DNA of 48,310 nt, taken from NCBI GenBank assembly GCA_947566655.1, contig CANOKG010000001.1, positions 1 to 48,310 of the forward strand. Direction: 5' to 3'. Position 1 is the stretch's first letter. Every line of letters starts with the position of its first letter. Both the position numbers and the translations under genes were made by a program. The notes beneath the pieces are model-generated. The model saw nothing but the letters and a program-made list of their open reading frames with translations. It was not told the DNA's origin and ran no database searches. Below are positions 37,513 through 46,778 of the stretch, in pieces. This DNA comes from an uncultured Muribaculaceae bacterium. GTDB taxonomy: Bacteria; Bacteroidota; Bacteroidia; Bacteroidales; Muribaculaceae.

Positions 37513-38592
37513 ATGAAACTTACAGCCCAACGTTCAAGTATGTTACATGGAGTGTTGCTGATTGGCCTTTTTGCCTGCGCTGCATTCTATATTGGCAGTG
37601 CCAAAATATTTACCGACCTGTCACTTAGCCCTATGATTATAGGTATAGTGCTGGGTATGATATATGCCAACTCCCTTAGAAACCACCTTCCCGAAACCTG
37701 GGTTCCGGGTATACAATTCTGCTCAAAACGGTTGTTACGTCTCGGCATTATCCTGTATGGATTCAGATTGACGTTTCAAGATATTGCCAATGTAGGTCTC
37801 GCCGGCATCACTATAGATGCCATCATAGTCACCGTAACCATTATAGGAGGTTATCTAATTGGTAGCCGTCTACTGAAAATGGATCGTGACACCGCGATGC
37901 TGACATCGGTGGGAAGCGGCATTTGTGGAGCGGCCGCAGTGTTGGGTGCCGAGGCCACTATGCGCACCAAACCCTATAAGACGGCTGTCGCTGTAGCTAC
38001 TGTTGTCATATTTGGGACACTCTCGATGTTCATTTACCCCATAGCCTACCGCACGGGCCTTCTCGATTTAACACCGGGTGAAATGGGAATTTTCGGAGGC
38101 TCGACCCTTCACGAAGTGGCACACGCAGTAGGTGCCGGCAACGCGATGGGCGATGAGATTGCATCAACAACCGTGATAGTAAAAATGATACGTGTAATGA
38201 TGCTCGTTCCGGTTCTTCTTATCTTGGGTGTATGGGCCGCTCGCCGCGTGCGTTCAGGCAACAACGATGGTCACGCTGAGGGTAAGAAGAAAATTGCAAT
38301 TCCTTGGTTTGCTTTCGGTTTTCTATTGGTTATTGGACTGAACTCCCTGTCGGTGTGGTTGAACACGGCATTCAGCACTCCTATGGGACTGCCTGCCGGA
38401 GTCGTTGACATTATAAATTACATTGACACATTCCTTCTCACCATGGCAATGGTGGCTCTCGGTGCCGAAACTTCGATCGACAAATTTAAAAAAGCAGGTG
38501 CAAAACCGTTTATACTTGCTTTCATCATATACATATGGTTGCTTGGCGGAGGCTATCTGTTGGCCCGATACCTCGCGCCAGTGCTTCTTTAA
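37513..38592 (+). CDS. YeiH/UPF0324-family inner-membrane protein
   Basis: 359 aa, about 10 TM helices. Blocks LLRLGIILYGFRLTF, GSGICGAAAV and STLHEVAHAVGAG are typical of the YeiH family. Confidence 0.8.
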   Translation: MKLTAQRSSMLHGVLLIGLFACAAFYIGSAKIFTDLSLSPMIIGIVLGMIYANSLRNHLPETWVPGIQFCSKRLLRLGIILYGFRLTFQDIANVGLAGITIDAIIVTVTIIGGYLIGSRLLKMDRDTAMLTSVGSGICGAAAVLGAEATMRTKPYKTAVAVATVVIFGTLSMFIYPIAYRTGLLDLTPGEMGIFGGSTLHEVAHAVGAGNAMGDEIASTTVIVKMIRVMMLVPVLLILGVWAARRVRSGNNDGHAEGKKKIAIPWFAFGFLLVIGLNSLSVWLNTAFSTPMGLPAGVVDIINYIDTFLLTMAMVALGAETSIDKFKKAGAKPFILAFIIYIWLLGGGYLLARYLAPVLL

Positions 38593-38626
38593 TTCTTACT
38601 CTGTTTAACTTCACTACATCAAAGCC

Positions 38627-39421
38627 ATGAACATTTCACCTACACCTGAGGCCACGACACGTCGCGATAGCGTGGTTATTATCCCTATGTATAACGAAAG
38701 GGAAAATGCTGCCGCGATTATTGACGCTGTCATGGCACGTCCCCACCCTATGGATGTATTGGTTATCGACGATGGTTCTCCCGATGGCACTGCCAGGATC
38801 GTGAAGGAACAGATGGAAAAGTACCCCGGGCGTGTTCACCTTATCGAACGTCAAGGAAAGTTAGGTCTCGGAACTGCCTATATCGCCGGGTTTAAACGTG
38901 CATTGGCCGACGGGTATGAATACATCTTCGAGATGGATGCCGACTTCTCCCATAATCCCGATGACCTTATGGCTCTCTACGATGCCTGTGCCCACAAAGG
39001 TGCCGATGTTGCCATTGGTTCACGCTACATCACAGGAGTGAATGTGGTAAACTGGCCTATGGGACGGGTATTAATGAGCTACTATGCATCAAAATATGTG
39101 AGAATAGTAACCGGAATGCATATCAAAGATACAACAGCCGGATTCGTTTGCTATCGACGTCGGGTGCTCGAAACCATTGAACTCGACAAGATACGGTTCA
39201 AAGGTTACGCCTTCCAGATAGAAATGAAATTTACAGCCCATAAGTGTGGTTTCAAAATCATGGAAGTTCCCATCATTTTTGTTAACCGCGTACTCGGTGA
39301 AAGCAAAATGAACAGTGGTATATTTGGCGAGGCGGTCTTCGGTGTGATAAGACTAAAATGGTCAAGCTGGTTCAGAAAATATCCCAAATATAATCAACAA
39401 GTTACTTCAGATAAACAATGA
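38627..39421 (+). CDS. GT2 polyprenol-monophosphomannose synthase-like glycosyltransferase
   Basis: VIIPMYNEREN, VIDDGSPDGT, EMDADFSH and GSRY are Dpm1-like GT2 motifs. Confidence 0.85.
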   Translation: MNISPTPEATTRRDSVVIIPMYNERENAAAIIDAVMARPHPMDVLVIDDGSPDGTARIVKEQMEKYPGRVHLIERQGKLGLGTAYIAGFKRALADGYEYIFEMDADFSHNPDDLMALYDACAHKGADVAIGSRYITGVNVVNWPMGRVLMSYYASKYVRIVTGMHIKDTTAGFVCYRRRVLETIELDKIRFKGYAFQIEMKFTAHKCGFKIMEVPIIFVNRVLGESKMNSGIFGEAVFGVIRLKWSSWFRKYPKYNQQVTSDKQ

Positions 39422-40761
39422 AACAACTTATTTATAATGCCGTTATAGTTGACGCCGACAAGTTTTTCAATGGTTATATAGTTATTGATGACTCTAAAAT
39501 ACAACTTGTTGGTGAAGGAGAACCTTCGGCCGATTTGCTTGCCGATTCATCGCTACTGCTTATTGACTGTAATGGTGACATGATAATGCCCGGCGCTATC
39601 GACACCCACGTTCACTTCCGTGACCCCGGGCTCACTGATAAAGGAGATATGAAAAGTGAAAGCCGGGCTGCTGTTGCCGGAGGCGTCACATCCTACATAG
39701 ATATGCCTAATACAAGGCCCGCTACTGTCTCAATCGAGACTTGGCAGAAAAAAATGGATCATGCCGCCACCACCTCAGTAGCCAACTACGCTTTCTTTAT
39801 CGGAGCTACCAATGACAACATAGGCCAGATACTCGAGGCTGACTACACTCGCGTACCCGGTATCAAACTTTTCCTCGGCTCCTCAACAGGCAACATGTTG
39901 GTTGACAATGATGATACTCTCGTTCAGCTTTTTGCAAACGCAAAATCCATAATAGCTGTACACGCTGAGGATGAAGCTACAATAAAGACTAACCGAGCCA
40001 CCATCGAGTCACGCTACAAGGCTGGTGAGGTTCCCCTTCAACTGCACAGTGTGTTGCGCGATCGCACAGCATGCTTTAAAGCCTCGAAACACGCCGTAGA
40101 GTTAGCTCGAAAACATGGCGCGCGTCTTCATCTTCTTCACATTTCAACGTTCGAAGAATTGTCACTGCTTGAACCTGGCTCTGTCGACACTAAAATGATC
40201 ACTGCCGAGACATGCCCTCACTATCTGCTATTCACCGAAACCGACTTTTCAACCAAAGGTGCCCGCATAAAGTGTAATCCCGCCATCAAAGCCGACAGCG
40301 ACCGTCTGGCGCTGATACGTGGTATCTCGGAGAGCTTGATCGACACCATTGCCACCGACCATGCACCTCACCTGCCTGCCGACAAGAAGGGAGATCTGTT
40401 CAAGGCGGCATCGGGAATGCCAGGAATACAATTCTCTTTGCCCACTATGCTCTCTTTGGAACTACAACCATCCTTAGTATCTAAACTTATGAGCGGCAAC
40501 CCGGCAACACTGTTCGGTATCAAGAATCGTGGATACATTAGAGAGGGCTATGCGGCCGACATCGTCAGGGTAGCTGTTCTCGATGAACCTCACACAGTAA
40601 CCGATGGTGAGGTAATCAGCAAGTGTGGTTGGACGCCCTACGACGGCACGCGCCTAAACCACCGCGTGGTTACAACCTGGGTCAACGGCTTCATCGCCTT
40701 CGACAATAATACCGTCGCAACCCAACTTCACGCCCAACCATTAAGATTTGAATCCCGTTAA
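39418..40761 (+). CDS. pyrC: Dihydroorotase (amidohydrolase superfamily, long form)
   Basis: AIDTHVHFRDPG, IAVHAED, ATDHAPH. The start overlaps the GT2 stop (ATGA). Confidence 0.8.
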   Translation: MKQLIYNAVIVDADKFFNGYIVIDDSKIQLVGEGEPSADLLADSSLLLIDCNGDMIMPGAIDTHVHFRDPGLTDKGDMKSESRAAVAGGVTSYIDMPNTRPATVSIETWQKKMDHAATTSVANYAFFIGATNDNIGQILEADYTRVPGIKLFLGSSTGNMLVDNDDTLVQLFANAKSIIAVHAEDEATIKTNRATIESRYKAGEVPLQLHSVLRDRTACFKASKHAVELARKHGARLHLLHISTFEELSLLEPGSVDTKMITAETCPHYLLFTETDFSTKGARIKCNPAIKADSDRLALIRGISESLIDTIATDHAPHLPADKKGDLFKAASGMPGIQFSLPTMLSLELQPSLVSKLMSGNPATLFGIKNRGYIREGYAADIVRVAVLDEPHTVTDGEVISKCGWTPYDGTRLNHRVVTTWVNGFIAFDNNTVATQLHAQPLRFESR

Positions 40762-40794
40762 CAAACATGCCTCACCGCGTGTTATAATGTAGAT

Positions 40795-42042
40795 ATGAAA
40801 GAATTTGTCATAAGTAAAGAAACAACCGAGAACGCAGTCCTTGTCGGACTCGTTACCCGCGATCAAAGCGAAGAGAAAGTCAATGAGTATCTCGATGAAC
40901 TCGAATTCTTAGCCGATACCGCTGGGGCCGTGACCGTAAAACGTTTTGTCCAAAAGCTCGACTTCCCCAATCCACGCACGTTTGTGGGTAAAGGCAAACT
41001 CGATGAGATAAAACTCTTTGTCGAGGAAAATGAGATAGGCATGGTTATATTTGACGACGACCTTTCAACAAAACAGGTTCAGAACATTGAACGTGAGCTA
41101 CAGATAAAGGTTCTCGATCGCACGAGCCTTATTCTCGATATTTTTGCCAAACGCGCACAAACCGCCAACGCACGCGCACAGGTAGAACTAGCCCAATACC
41201 AGTACCTGCTGCCTCGATTAACACGGCTGTGGACTCACCTTGAGCGTCAACGTGGAGGTATCGGAATGCGTGGTCCGGGTGAGACTCAAATAGAGACCGA
41301 CCGTCGTATTATCCTTGATAAAATCTCCCGACTTAAAGAGGAACTCCGCGCTATCGATAAACAAAAATCGATTCAACGCAAGAACCGTGGCAAGCTTACC
41401 CGTGTCGCATTGGTAGGTTATACCAATGTGGGCAAATCAACCCTCATGAACCTTCTCAGCAAAAGCGAGGTCTTTGCCGAGAACAAACTTTTCGCCACCC
41501 TCGACACTACGGTCAGAAAGGTTATTATCGACAATTTGCCATTCCTGCTCACCGACACCGTAGGGTTCATTCGCAAACTGCCCACACACCTTGTCGACTC
41601 GTTTAAATCAACGCTTGATGAAGTGCGCGATGCCGACCTGTTAGTTCACGTAGTCGACATAAGCCATCCGCAGTTTGAGGAACAGATAGAAGTGGTAAAC
41701 AAGACTCTACGCGACATTTGTGGCGACAGCGAGAAACCTATGATCATGGTGTTCAACAAGATCGATGCCTTCTCCTACACTCCCAAAGATGCCGATGACC
41801 TTACGCCTAAAACGCGCAAGAACATCTCGCTTGAGGAACTCAAAGCCACATGGATGAATAAACTCCACGACAACTGTGTTTTCATCTCGGCTAAAACCGG
41901 CCGCAATATCGATGAGCTAAAAAACCTTCTCTACGACAAGGCTAAGGAGATACACCTAAGCCGTTTCCCTTACAACGACTTCCTGTTCCAACGCTACGAT
42001 GATATAGCCGAGACCCAGGAAGATAATACTCCCAAGCAATGA
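40795..42042 (+). CDS. hflX: GTPase HflX
   Basis: HflX N-domain (LILDIFAKRAQTANARAQVELAQ, GPGETQIETDRR), G1 GYTNVGKST, G3 DTVGF, G4 NKID. Confidence 0.95.
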   Translation: MKEFVISKETTENAVLVGLVTRDQSEEKVNEYLDELEFLADTAGAVTVKRFVQKLDFPNPRTFVGKGKLDEIKLFVEENEIGMVIFDDDLSTKQVQNIERELQIKVLDRTSLILDIFAKRAQTANARAQVELAQYQYLLPRLTRLWTHLERQRGGIGMRGPGETQIETDRRIILDKISRLKEELRAIDKQKSIQRKNRGKLTRVALVGYTNVGKSTLMNLLSKSEVFAENKLFATLDTTVRKVIIDNLPFLLTDTVGFIRKLPTHLVDSFKSTLDEVRDADLLVHVVDISHPQFEEQIEVVNKTLRDICGDSEKPMIMVFNKIDAFSYTPKDADDLTPKTRKNISLEELKATWMNKLHDNCVFISAKTGRNIDELKNLLYDKAKEIHLSRFPYNDFLFQRYDDIAETQEDNTPKQ

Positions 42043-43394
42043 GCAGCCGGCAGGTAATGACATGGCCACGCCTCGTCAATGACTCGCGATATGGACTTGA
42101 AGAGACAGCAACCGACAAGGTAGGTGTAAGGAGCGATTTCCGTCGCGACTATGACCGTCTTGTCTTCTCATCGCCATTTCGCCGCTTACAGAACAAGACC
42201 CAGGTCTTCCCATTGCCGGGCGGCAGCATATTTGTTCACAACCGTTTGACCCACAGCCTTGAAGTGTCATCGGTAGGCCGATCGATCGCTGCCGAGGTAA
42301 TGATTTCGTTACTTCCCAAATACAATTCCCGCCCCGAGATGGAGGCATTGATGTCGATAGGAGAAATCGTAGCAGCCGCCTGTCTGGCCCATGATTTAGG
42401 AAATCCTCCGTTTGGGCACTCGGGTGAAAAAGCCATATCCACATTTTTCTCGGAAGGTGATGGAGCCGACCTAAGAAAAGAACTTACCGAATCAGAGTGG
42501 AGTGATCTCATTCATTTCGAAGGCAATGCCAACGCTCTTAGAGTACTGACCCATCACTTCAACGGACGCCGACATGGCGGATTCGGAATGACCTATACTA
42601 CTTTAGCCTCTATTGTAAAGTACCCCTACGAGTCGACTATCGCGGGCAAAAAAAGTAAATTCGGGTTCTTCAATACCGAACGCGAGACATACTTTAAGAT
42701 AGCCCGTGAGCTCGGCATTATACAACATCAGCGTCACGATGGCAAACTCGAGTTTGCACGCCACCCGCTGGTATATATCGTTGAAGCAGCCGACGACATC
42801 TGTTACGAGATAATGGATATAGAGGATGCACACAAATTAAAGATCCTTCCTACCGACCAAGTGGTGGCTCTATTGCTCGCTTTCTTTGAGGGAGAACAAC
42901 TCGAAAGAATGAAAAACGCAATAGCTACCATCTCCGACCCTAACGAGGTTATCGCTCACCTACGCTCGGCAGTAATCAGCACCTTGGTTTCAAAATGTGC
43001 CGAAGCTTTCGTTGTCAATGAGGAAGATATTATGCACGGGCGTTTCAAAGGTACTTTACTTAAAGCTATTCCTGAAACACAACAACGCGCCTACGATGCC
43101 TGCAATAATGTTTCATGGAATAAGATATACTGTGCCGGCGAAGTGGTGGATATCGAGCTGGCAGGTAATCGTATTATAACATTCCTGCTGCAAAAATTCA
43201 TACACGCAGTCCGATTCCCCGAACTTAACTATTCACGACTGCTCTTGTCAAAAGTTCCGGAACAATACGATGTCAAAGCTCCAACGCTTTTTGGCCGTAT
43301 TCAGGCTGTTCTTGACCATATATCGGCCATGACCGATGTATATGCACTCGACTTGTACCGCAAACTTAACGGTCAATCGCTACCGGCTCTCTAA
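42039..43394 (+). CDS. dgt: dGTPase-like deoxynucleoside triphosphate triphosphohydrolase (HD domain)
   Basis: FRRDYDRLVFSSPFRRLQNKTQVF, RLTHSLEV, AHDLGNPPFGH, DDICY. The start overlaps the hflX stop (ATGA). Confidence 0.9.
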   Translation: MSSRQVMTWPRLVNDSRYGLEETATDKVGVRSDFRRDYDRLVFSSPFRRLQNKTQVFPLPGGSIFVHNRLTHSLEVSSVGRSIAAEVMISLLPKYNSRPEMEALMSIGEIVAAACLAHDLGNPPFGHSGEKAISTFFSEGDGADLRKELTESEWSDLIHFEGNANALRVLTHHFNGRRHGGFGMTYTTLASIVKYPYESTIAGKKSKFGFFNTERETYFKIARELGIIQHQRHDGKLEFARHPLVYIVEAADDICYEIMDIEDAHKLKILPTDQVVALLLAFFEGEQLERMKNAIATISDPNEVIAHLRSAVISTLVSKCAEAFVVNEEDIMHGRFKGTLLKAIPETQQRAYDACNNVSWNKIYCAGEVVDIELAGNRIITFLLQKFIHAVRFPELNYSRLLLSKVPEQYDVKAPTLFGRIQAVLDHISAMTDVYALDLYRKLNGQSLPAL

Positions 43395-43403
43395 TTCCTG
43401 TTA

Positions 43404-44651
43404 ATGATGATACGATACTTATTTATACTGATTTTTGCATTGATGTCGGAAATTACTACAGCTGTAACGCCCGACAAGGTTCCGAATGTGCACGTTGCCC
43501 GCGCTACTTCGTGGGTCAGCGACCCCGACAACTTGCTGTCACAACAGGCTCGCATGCAGGCCGACTCAATGTTGAATCGTCTCAACAACGGAGCCACTAC
43601 CGAAGTAACAGTGGCGATAGTTGCCGATCTCGATGGTCAGGATATCGACTCGTTTGCAACCGAATTGTTCGAGTTATGGGGTATTGGGAAAAAAGATCGC
43701 GACAATGGACTACTGCTCGTAATCTCCCGTGATGACCGTCGCGCGGCTCTTCGCACAGGCTACGGGATGGAGGGTGTCATCAACGACGGCAGAGCCGGCC
43801 GTATAATACGCAGAGATATCGCTCCTAATATGAAAGCCGGTAATATTGATCAAGCTCTCATCAGTGCAATACAATCAATCGATCAATACATCACCGATCC
43901 CGAAGCGGCCGACTACCTGCATAGCGATCAAAAGAACTCGACAGGCAGCGGTGATGACTTCAAATCTTTTCTCAACGGTTGGCTGGCAATATCAGCGTTA
44001 ATAGTATCAGCTCTTATCGCATGGCTTCTGATAACCTATTTTTCAACCGGCAAGCAAACAGATCCTCAACGCTACGGGCGCCTCGATACCATGCGCCTGC
44101 CCATACTGATGGCTATTCCACTAACTCTTGGTCTGGCACTCGTTGCTTGGATACCTCTCTGGTTGTTGATGCGCCACGTCAGGTTACATCGACACAGTTG
44201 TCCAAACTGTGGTACCCGAATGAAGCGCGTTGACGAAATTCACGACAATGACTACCTTACTCCAGCCCAGGACATGGAAGAAAAATTAAACTCAGTCGAC
44301 TACGATGTGTGGCTCTGCCCTCGCTGCAACGAAACCGATATTCTTCCCTACATCAACCGCAAGGCCACATATACCACCTGTCCTCAATGTGGCGCGCGAG
44401 CCAGGGCTTTGGTTGCCAACCGCATCCTTCGTCAACCGACAACCCGCTATGAAGGCCAGGGAGTTAAAATTTACCGCTGCTACAATTGTGGCAAAGAAAC
44501 ATCTCTACCCTACACTATAGCCAAAATAGTAGAGCCTCCTATCATCATAACCGGTGGTGGAGGCCGCGGATTTGGTGGTGGCGGCGGATTCTCGGGAGGC
44601 AGTTTCGGAGGTGGCATGACCGGTGGTGGCGGTGCTTCGGGAGGATGGTAG
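43404..44651 (+). CDS. TPM-domain (YgcG-like) membrane protein with an inserted 4x CxxC zinc-ribbon module and a Gly-rich tail
   Basis: Signal peptide; TPM core (VAIVADLDGQDIDSFATELFELWGIGKKDRDNGLLLVISRDDRRAALRTGYG); two TM helices; CPNC, CPRC, CPQC and CYNC; tail GGGGRGFGGGGGFSGGSFGGGMTGGGGASGGW. Confidence 0.75.
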   Translation: MMIRYLFILIFALMSEITTAVTPDKVPNVHVARATSWVSDPDNLLSQQARMQADSMLNRLNNGATTEVTVAIVADLDGQDIDSFATELFELWGIGKKDRDNGLLLVISRDDRRAALRTGYGMEGVINDGRAGRIIRRDIAPNMKAGNIDQALISAIQSIDQYITDPEAADYLHSDQKNSTGSGDDFKSFLNGWLAISALIVSALIAWLLITYFSTGKQTDPQRYGRLDTMRLPILMAIPLTLGLALVAWIPLWLLMRHVRLHRHSCPNCGTRMKRVDEIHDNDYLTPAQDMEEKLNSVDYDVWLCPRCNETDILPYINRKATYTTCPQCGARARALVANRILRQPTTRYEGQGVKIYRCYNCGKETSLPYTIAKIVEPPIIITGGGGRGFGGGGGFSGGSFGGGMTGGGGASGGW

Positions 44652-44721
44652 TCAGTTTTTTATTACCTTAATCGGTCCAATTGATAGTTATTACAGACTA
44701 AAACCTAAATAAAACCCAAAT

Positions 44722-45567
44722 ATGAAAGAACTAAAGGATATATCTATGGGTGGAGAACGTCCGCTGTTCGCTTCCCATGACCTTAAACTCACAAATGTAA
44801 CGATCACTGCCGGCGAAAGTGGCATAAAATGCTGTTCCAACATAGAAGCCGACAACTGCCGCTTTGAAGGCAAATACCCCTTCTGGCATGTCGATAAATT
44901 TAAAATCAGTAACTGCCTGTTTACCCCCGGTGCTCGTGCAGCACTTTGGTATTCGCGTGATTTGGAAATGACCGATACCATAGTTGATGCACCAAAAATG
45001 TTTCGCGAAATGGAGTCACTACGTCTCGAACGCGTCAAACTGAACGATGCGCTCGAAACATTCTGGCACTGCAACAAGGTAAAACTCGAGGATGTCGAGA
45101 TAAAGAACGGTGATTACCTGTTCATGCACTCACGTGACATCAAAATTCGCAACTACCGCCAACAAGGCAACTACTCGTTCCAATATTGCAAGAATGTTGA
45201 GATACATAAAGCTGTGATCGATTCGCGCGATGCATTCTGGGAAACAGAAAACGTGACAGTCTACGACTCTGATATCGATGGCGAATTTCTTGGATGGCAC
45301 TCGAAGAACCTTAAATTCGTGCGTTGTAAAATCAGCGGAATCCAACCTCTATGCTACTGCGAAGGACTAGTACTGGAAGACTGCGAAATCGACCCGTCGT
45401 GTAACCTTGCATTTGAAGATTCAAGCGTTAAAGCCACTGTAAACACAGTAATAACCTCGGTAAAAAATCCTCGTGAAGGCTCTATAATTGCCAAGGGCTA
45501 TGGTGAGATTATCTTTGACGAGAACCTGCGTCGCCCCGGTAATTGTAAACTCCAAATCAAGAACTGA
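44722..45567 (+). CDS. DUF3737-like beta-helix repeat protein
   Basis: GGERPLFASHDL..AGESGIK..GKYPFWHV..ALWYSRD..APKMFRE matches my recollection of DUF3737 (GERxLF, GESxLK, KYPxW, WY, APKxFR). Unverified. Confidence 0.6.
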   Translation: MKELKDISMGGERPLFASHDLKLTNVTITAGESGIKCCSNIEADNCRFEGKYPFWHVDKFKISNCLFTPGARAALWYSRDLEMTDTIVDAPKMFREMESLRLERVKLNDALETFWHCNKVKLEDVEIKNGDYLFMHSRDIKIRNYRQQGNYSFQYCKNVEIHKAVIDSRDAFWETENVTVYDSDIDGEFLGWHSKNLKFVRCKISGIQPLCYCEGLVLEDCEIDPSCNLAFEDSSVKATVNTVITSVKNPREGSIIAKGYGEIIFDENLRRPGNCKLQIKN

Positions 45568-46778
45568 TGACAGGCAGCGACAAGCTATTTGACACAACGC
45601 CATCGAGACTCGGCAGCGGATCATATAAATGGGACTCCGCTGCCGATCGCGATGTCATCCCGCTATGGGTGGCCGACATGGACTTTAAAGTCGCTGAGCC
45701 TATAATGGAAGCTCTAAGAAAACGTGTTGAACACGGTGTCTTTGGCTACACATTAGTTCCTGACGAATACTACAAGGCTATAAACCATTGGTATAACACT
45801 CGTTATAGCGTTATACTACCACCCTCTCTACGCCCCGTCTATACACAGGGAGTAGTACCTGCCATATCGGCTGCCATAAAGGCTTTGACACGCCCGGGCG
45901 ATGCCGTCGCTGTCCTTACCCCGGTCTACAACTGCTTCTTCTCTTCAATCAGAAACAACGGGTGCATGCTTGCCGGGGTTGAACTTAAGCGCATTGACTC
46001 CGACGATAAGTTCAGCTATGAAATAGACTTTGAAAAACTCGAGTTCACACTCAGCGACCCACGCACACCGGTACTTCTATTTTGCAATCCCCACAACCCG
46101 GCATGTCGCACATGGCGTCGCGACGAGTTGCAACGTGTCTACAACCTATGCCGTAAAACCGACACAATACTCCTCAGCGATGAGATACACGGAGACCTCA
46201 CTATGCCCGGCTATCGGTTCACTCCCATTGCCTCTCTTGATGGAGATCCGCTTAAACACACCGTGACATTCAGTTCTCCATCAAAGGCTTTCAACATTGC
46301 CGGACTGCAGATAGCCAATATCCTTACCGACTCACCTCGTCTACGCTACTTGATCGACCGGGCGATAAACGACAATGAAGTGTGTGACGTCAATCCATTT
46401 GGTGTCGCTGCTCTCATTGCTGCCTACAATAATGGAAGTGAATGGCTTGATCTTCTACGCGACTACATCAACAACAACTATATCTATCTATGTGATGTTC
46501 TCAAGCAATGCCTGCCAATGGCACACATTGCAAAGCTCGAAGCTACCTATTTGGCATGGATCGATGTAAGCTTCATATCTTTGCCCGATGAGAAGATCGA
46601 AGAGTATCTCGTACACCATAATAAAGTTTGGGTAAATGCCGGCAGCATGTATGGATCACGGCAAGGCTACATCCGAATCAATCTCGCTACATCACGCCAA
46701 CGTCTCGAAGAGGGATTGAAACGCGTAGTCGACGGATTACTAACCTGCTATAAGAGCTTCCCAACAGTCCAATCATAA
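45567..46778 (+). CDS. MalY/PatB-type PLP-dependent C-S lyase (class I/II aminotransferase fold)
   Basis: YKWDS..VIPLWVADMDF, NPHNP, and the PLP lysine block SSPSKAFNIAGLQ. The start overlaps the upstream stop (TGATG). Confidence 0.85.
   Translation: MTGSDKLFDTTPSRLGSGSYKWDSAADRDVIPLWVADMDFKVAEPIMEALRKRVEHGVFGYTLVPDEYYKAINHWYNTRYSVILPPSLRPVYTQGVVPAISAAIKALTRPGDAVAVLTPVYNCFFSSIRNNGCMLAGVELKRIDSDDKFSYEIDFEKLEFTLSDPRTPVLLFCNPHNPACRTWRRDELQRVYNLCRKTDTILLSDEIHGDLTMPGYRFTPIASLDGDPLKHTVTFSSPSKAFNIAGLQIANILTDSPRLRYLIDRAINDNEVCDVNPFGVAALIAAYNNGSEWLDLLRDYINNNYIYLCDVLKQCLPMAHIAKLEATYLAWIDVSFISLPDEKIEEYLVHHNKVWVNAGSMYGSRQGYIRINLATSRQRLEEGLKRVVDGLLTCYKSFPTVQS

Noticed and set aside
42039-43394. The dGTPase as a possible anti-phage dNTP-depletion defence gene
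   Set aside because: It is translationally coupled to the housekeeping GTPase hflX, sits in a long core-gene block and has no neighbouring defence or mobile genes. It has the standard Bacteroidota Dgt-like length and motifs, so a housekeeping role is the economical reading.
44553-44648. Glycine-rich repetitive DNA at the 3' end of the TPM gene as a possible tandem repeat or CRISPR-like feature
   Set aside because: It is in frame and encodes the GGGxGGG tail characteristic of YgcG-type proteins. It has no regular repeat-spacer periodicity.
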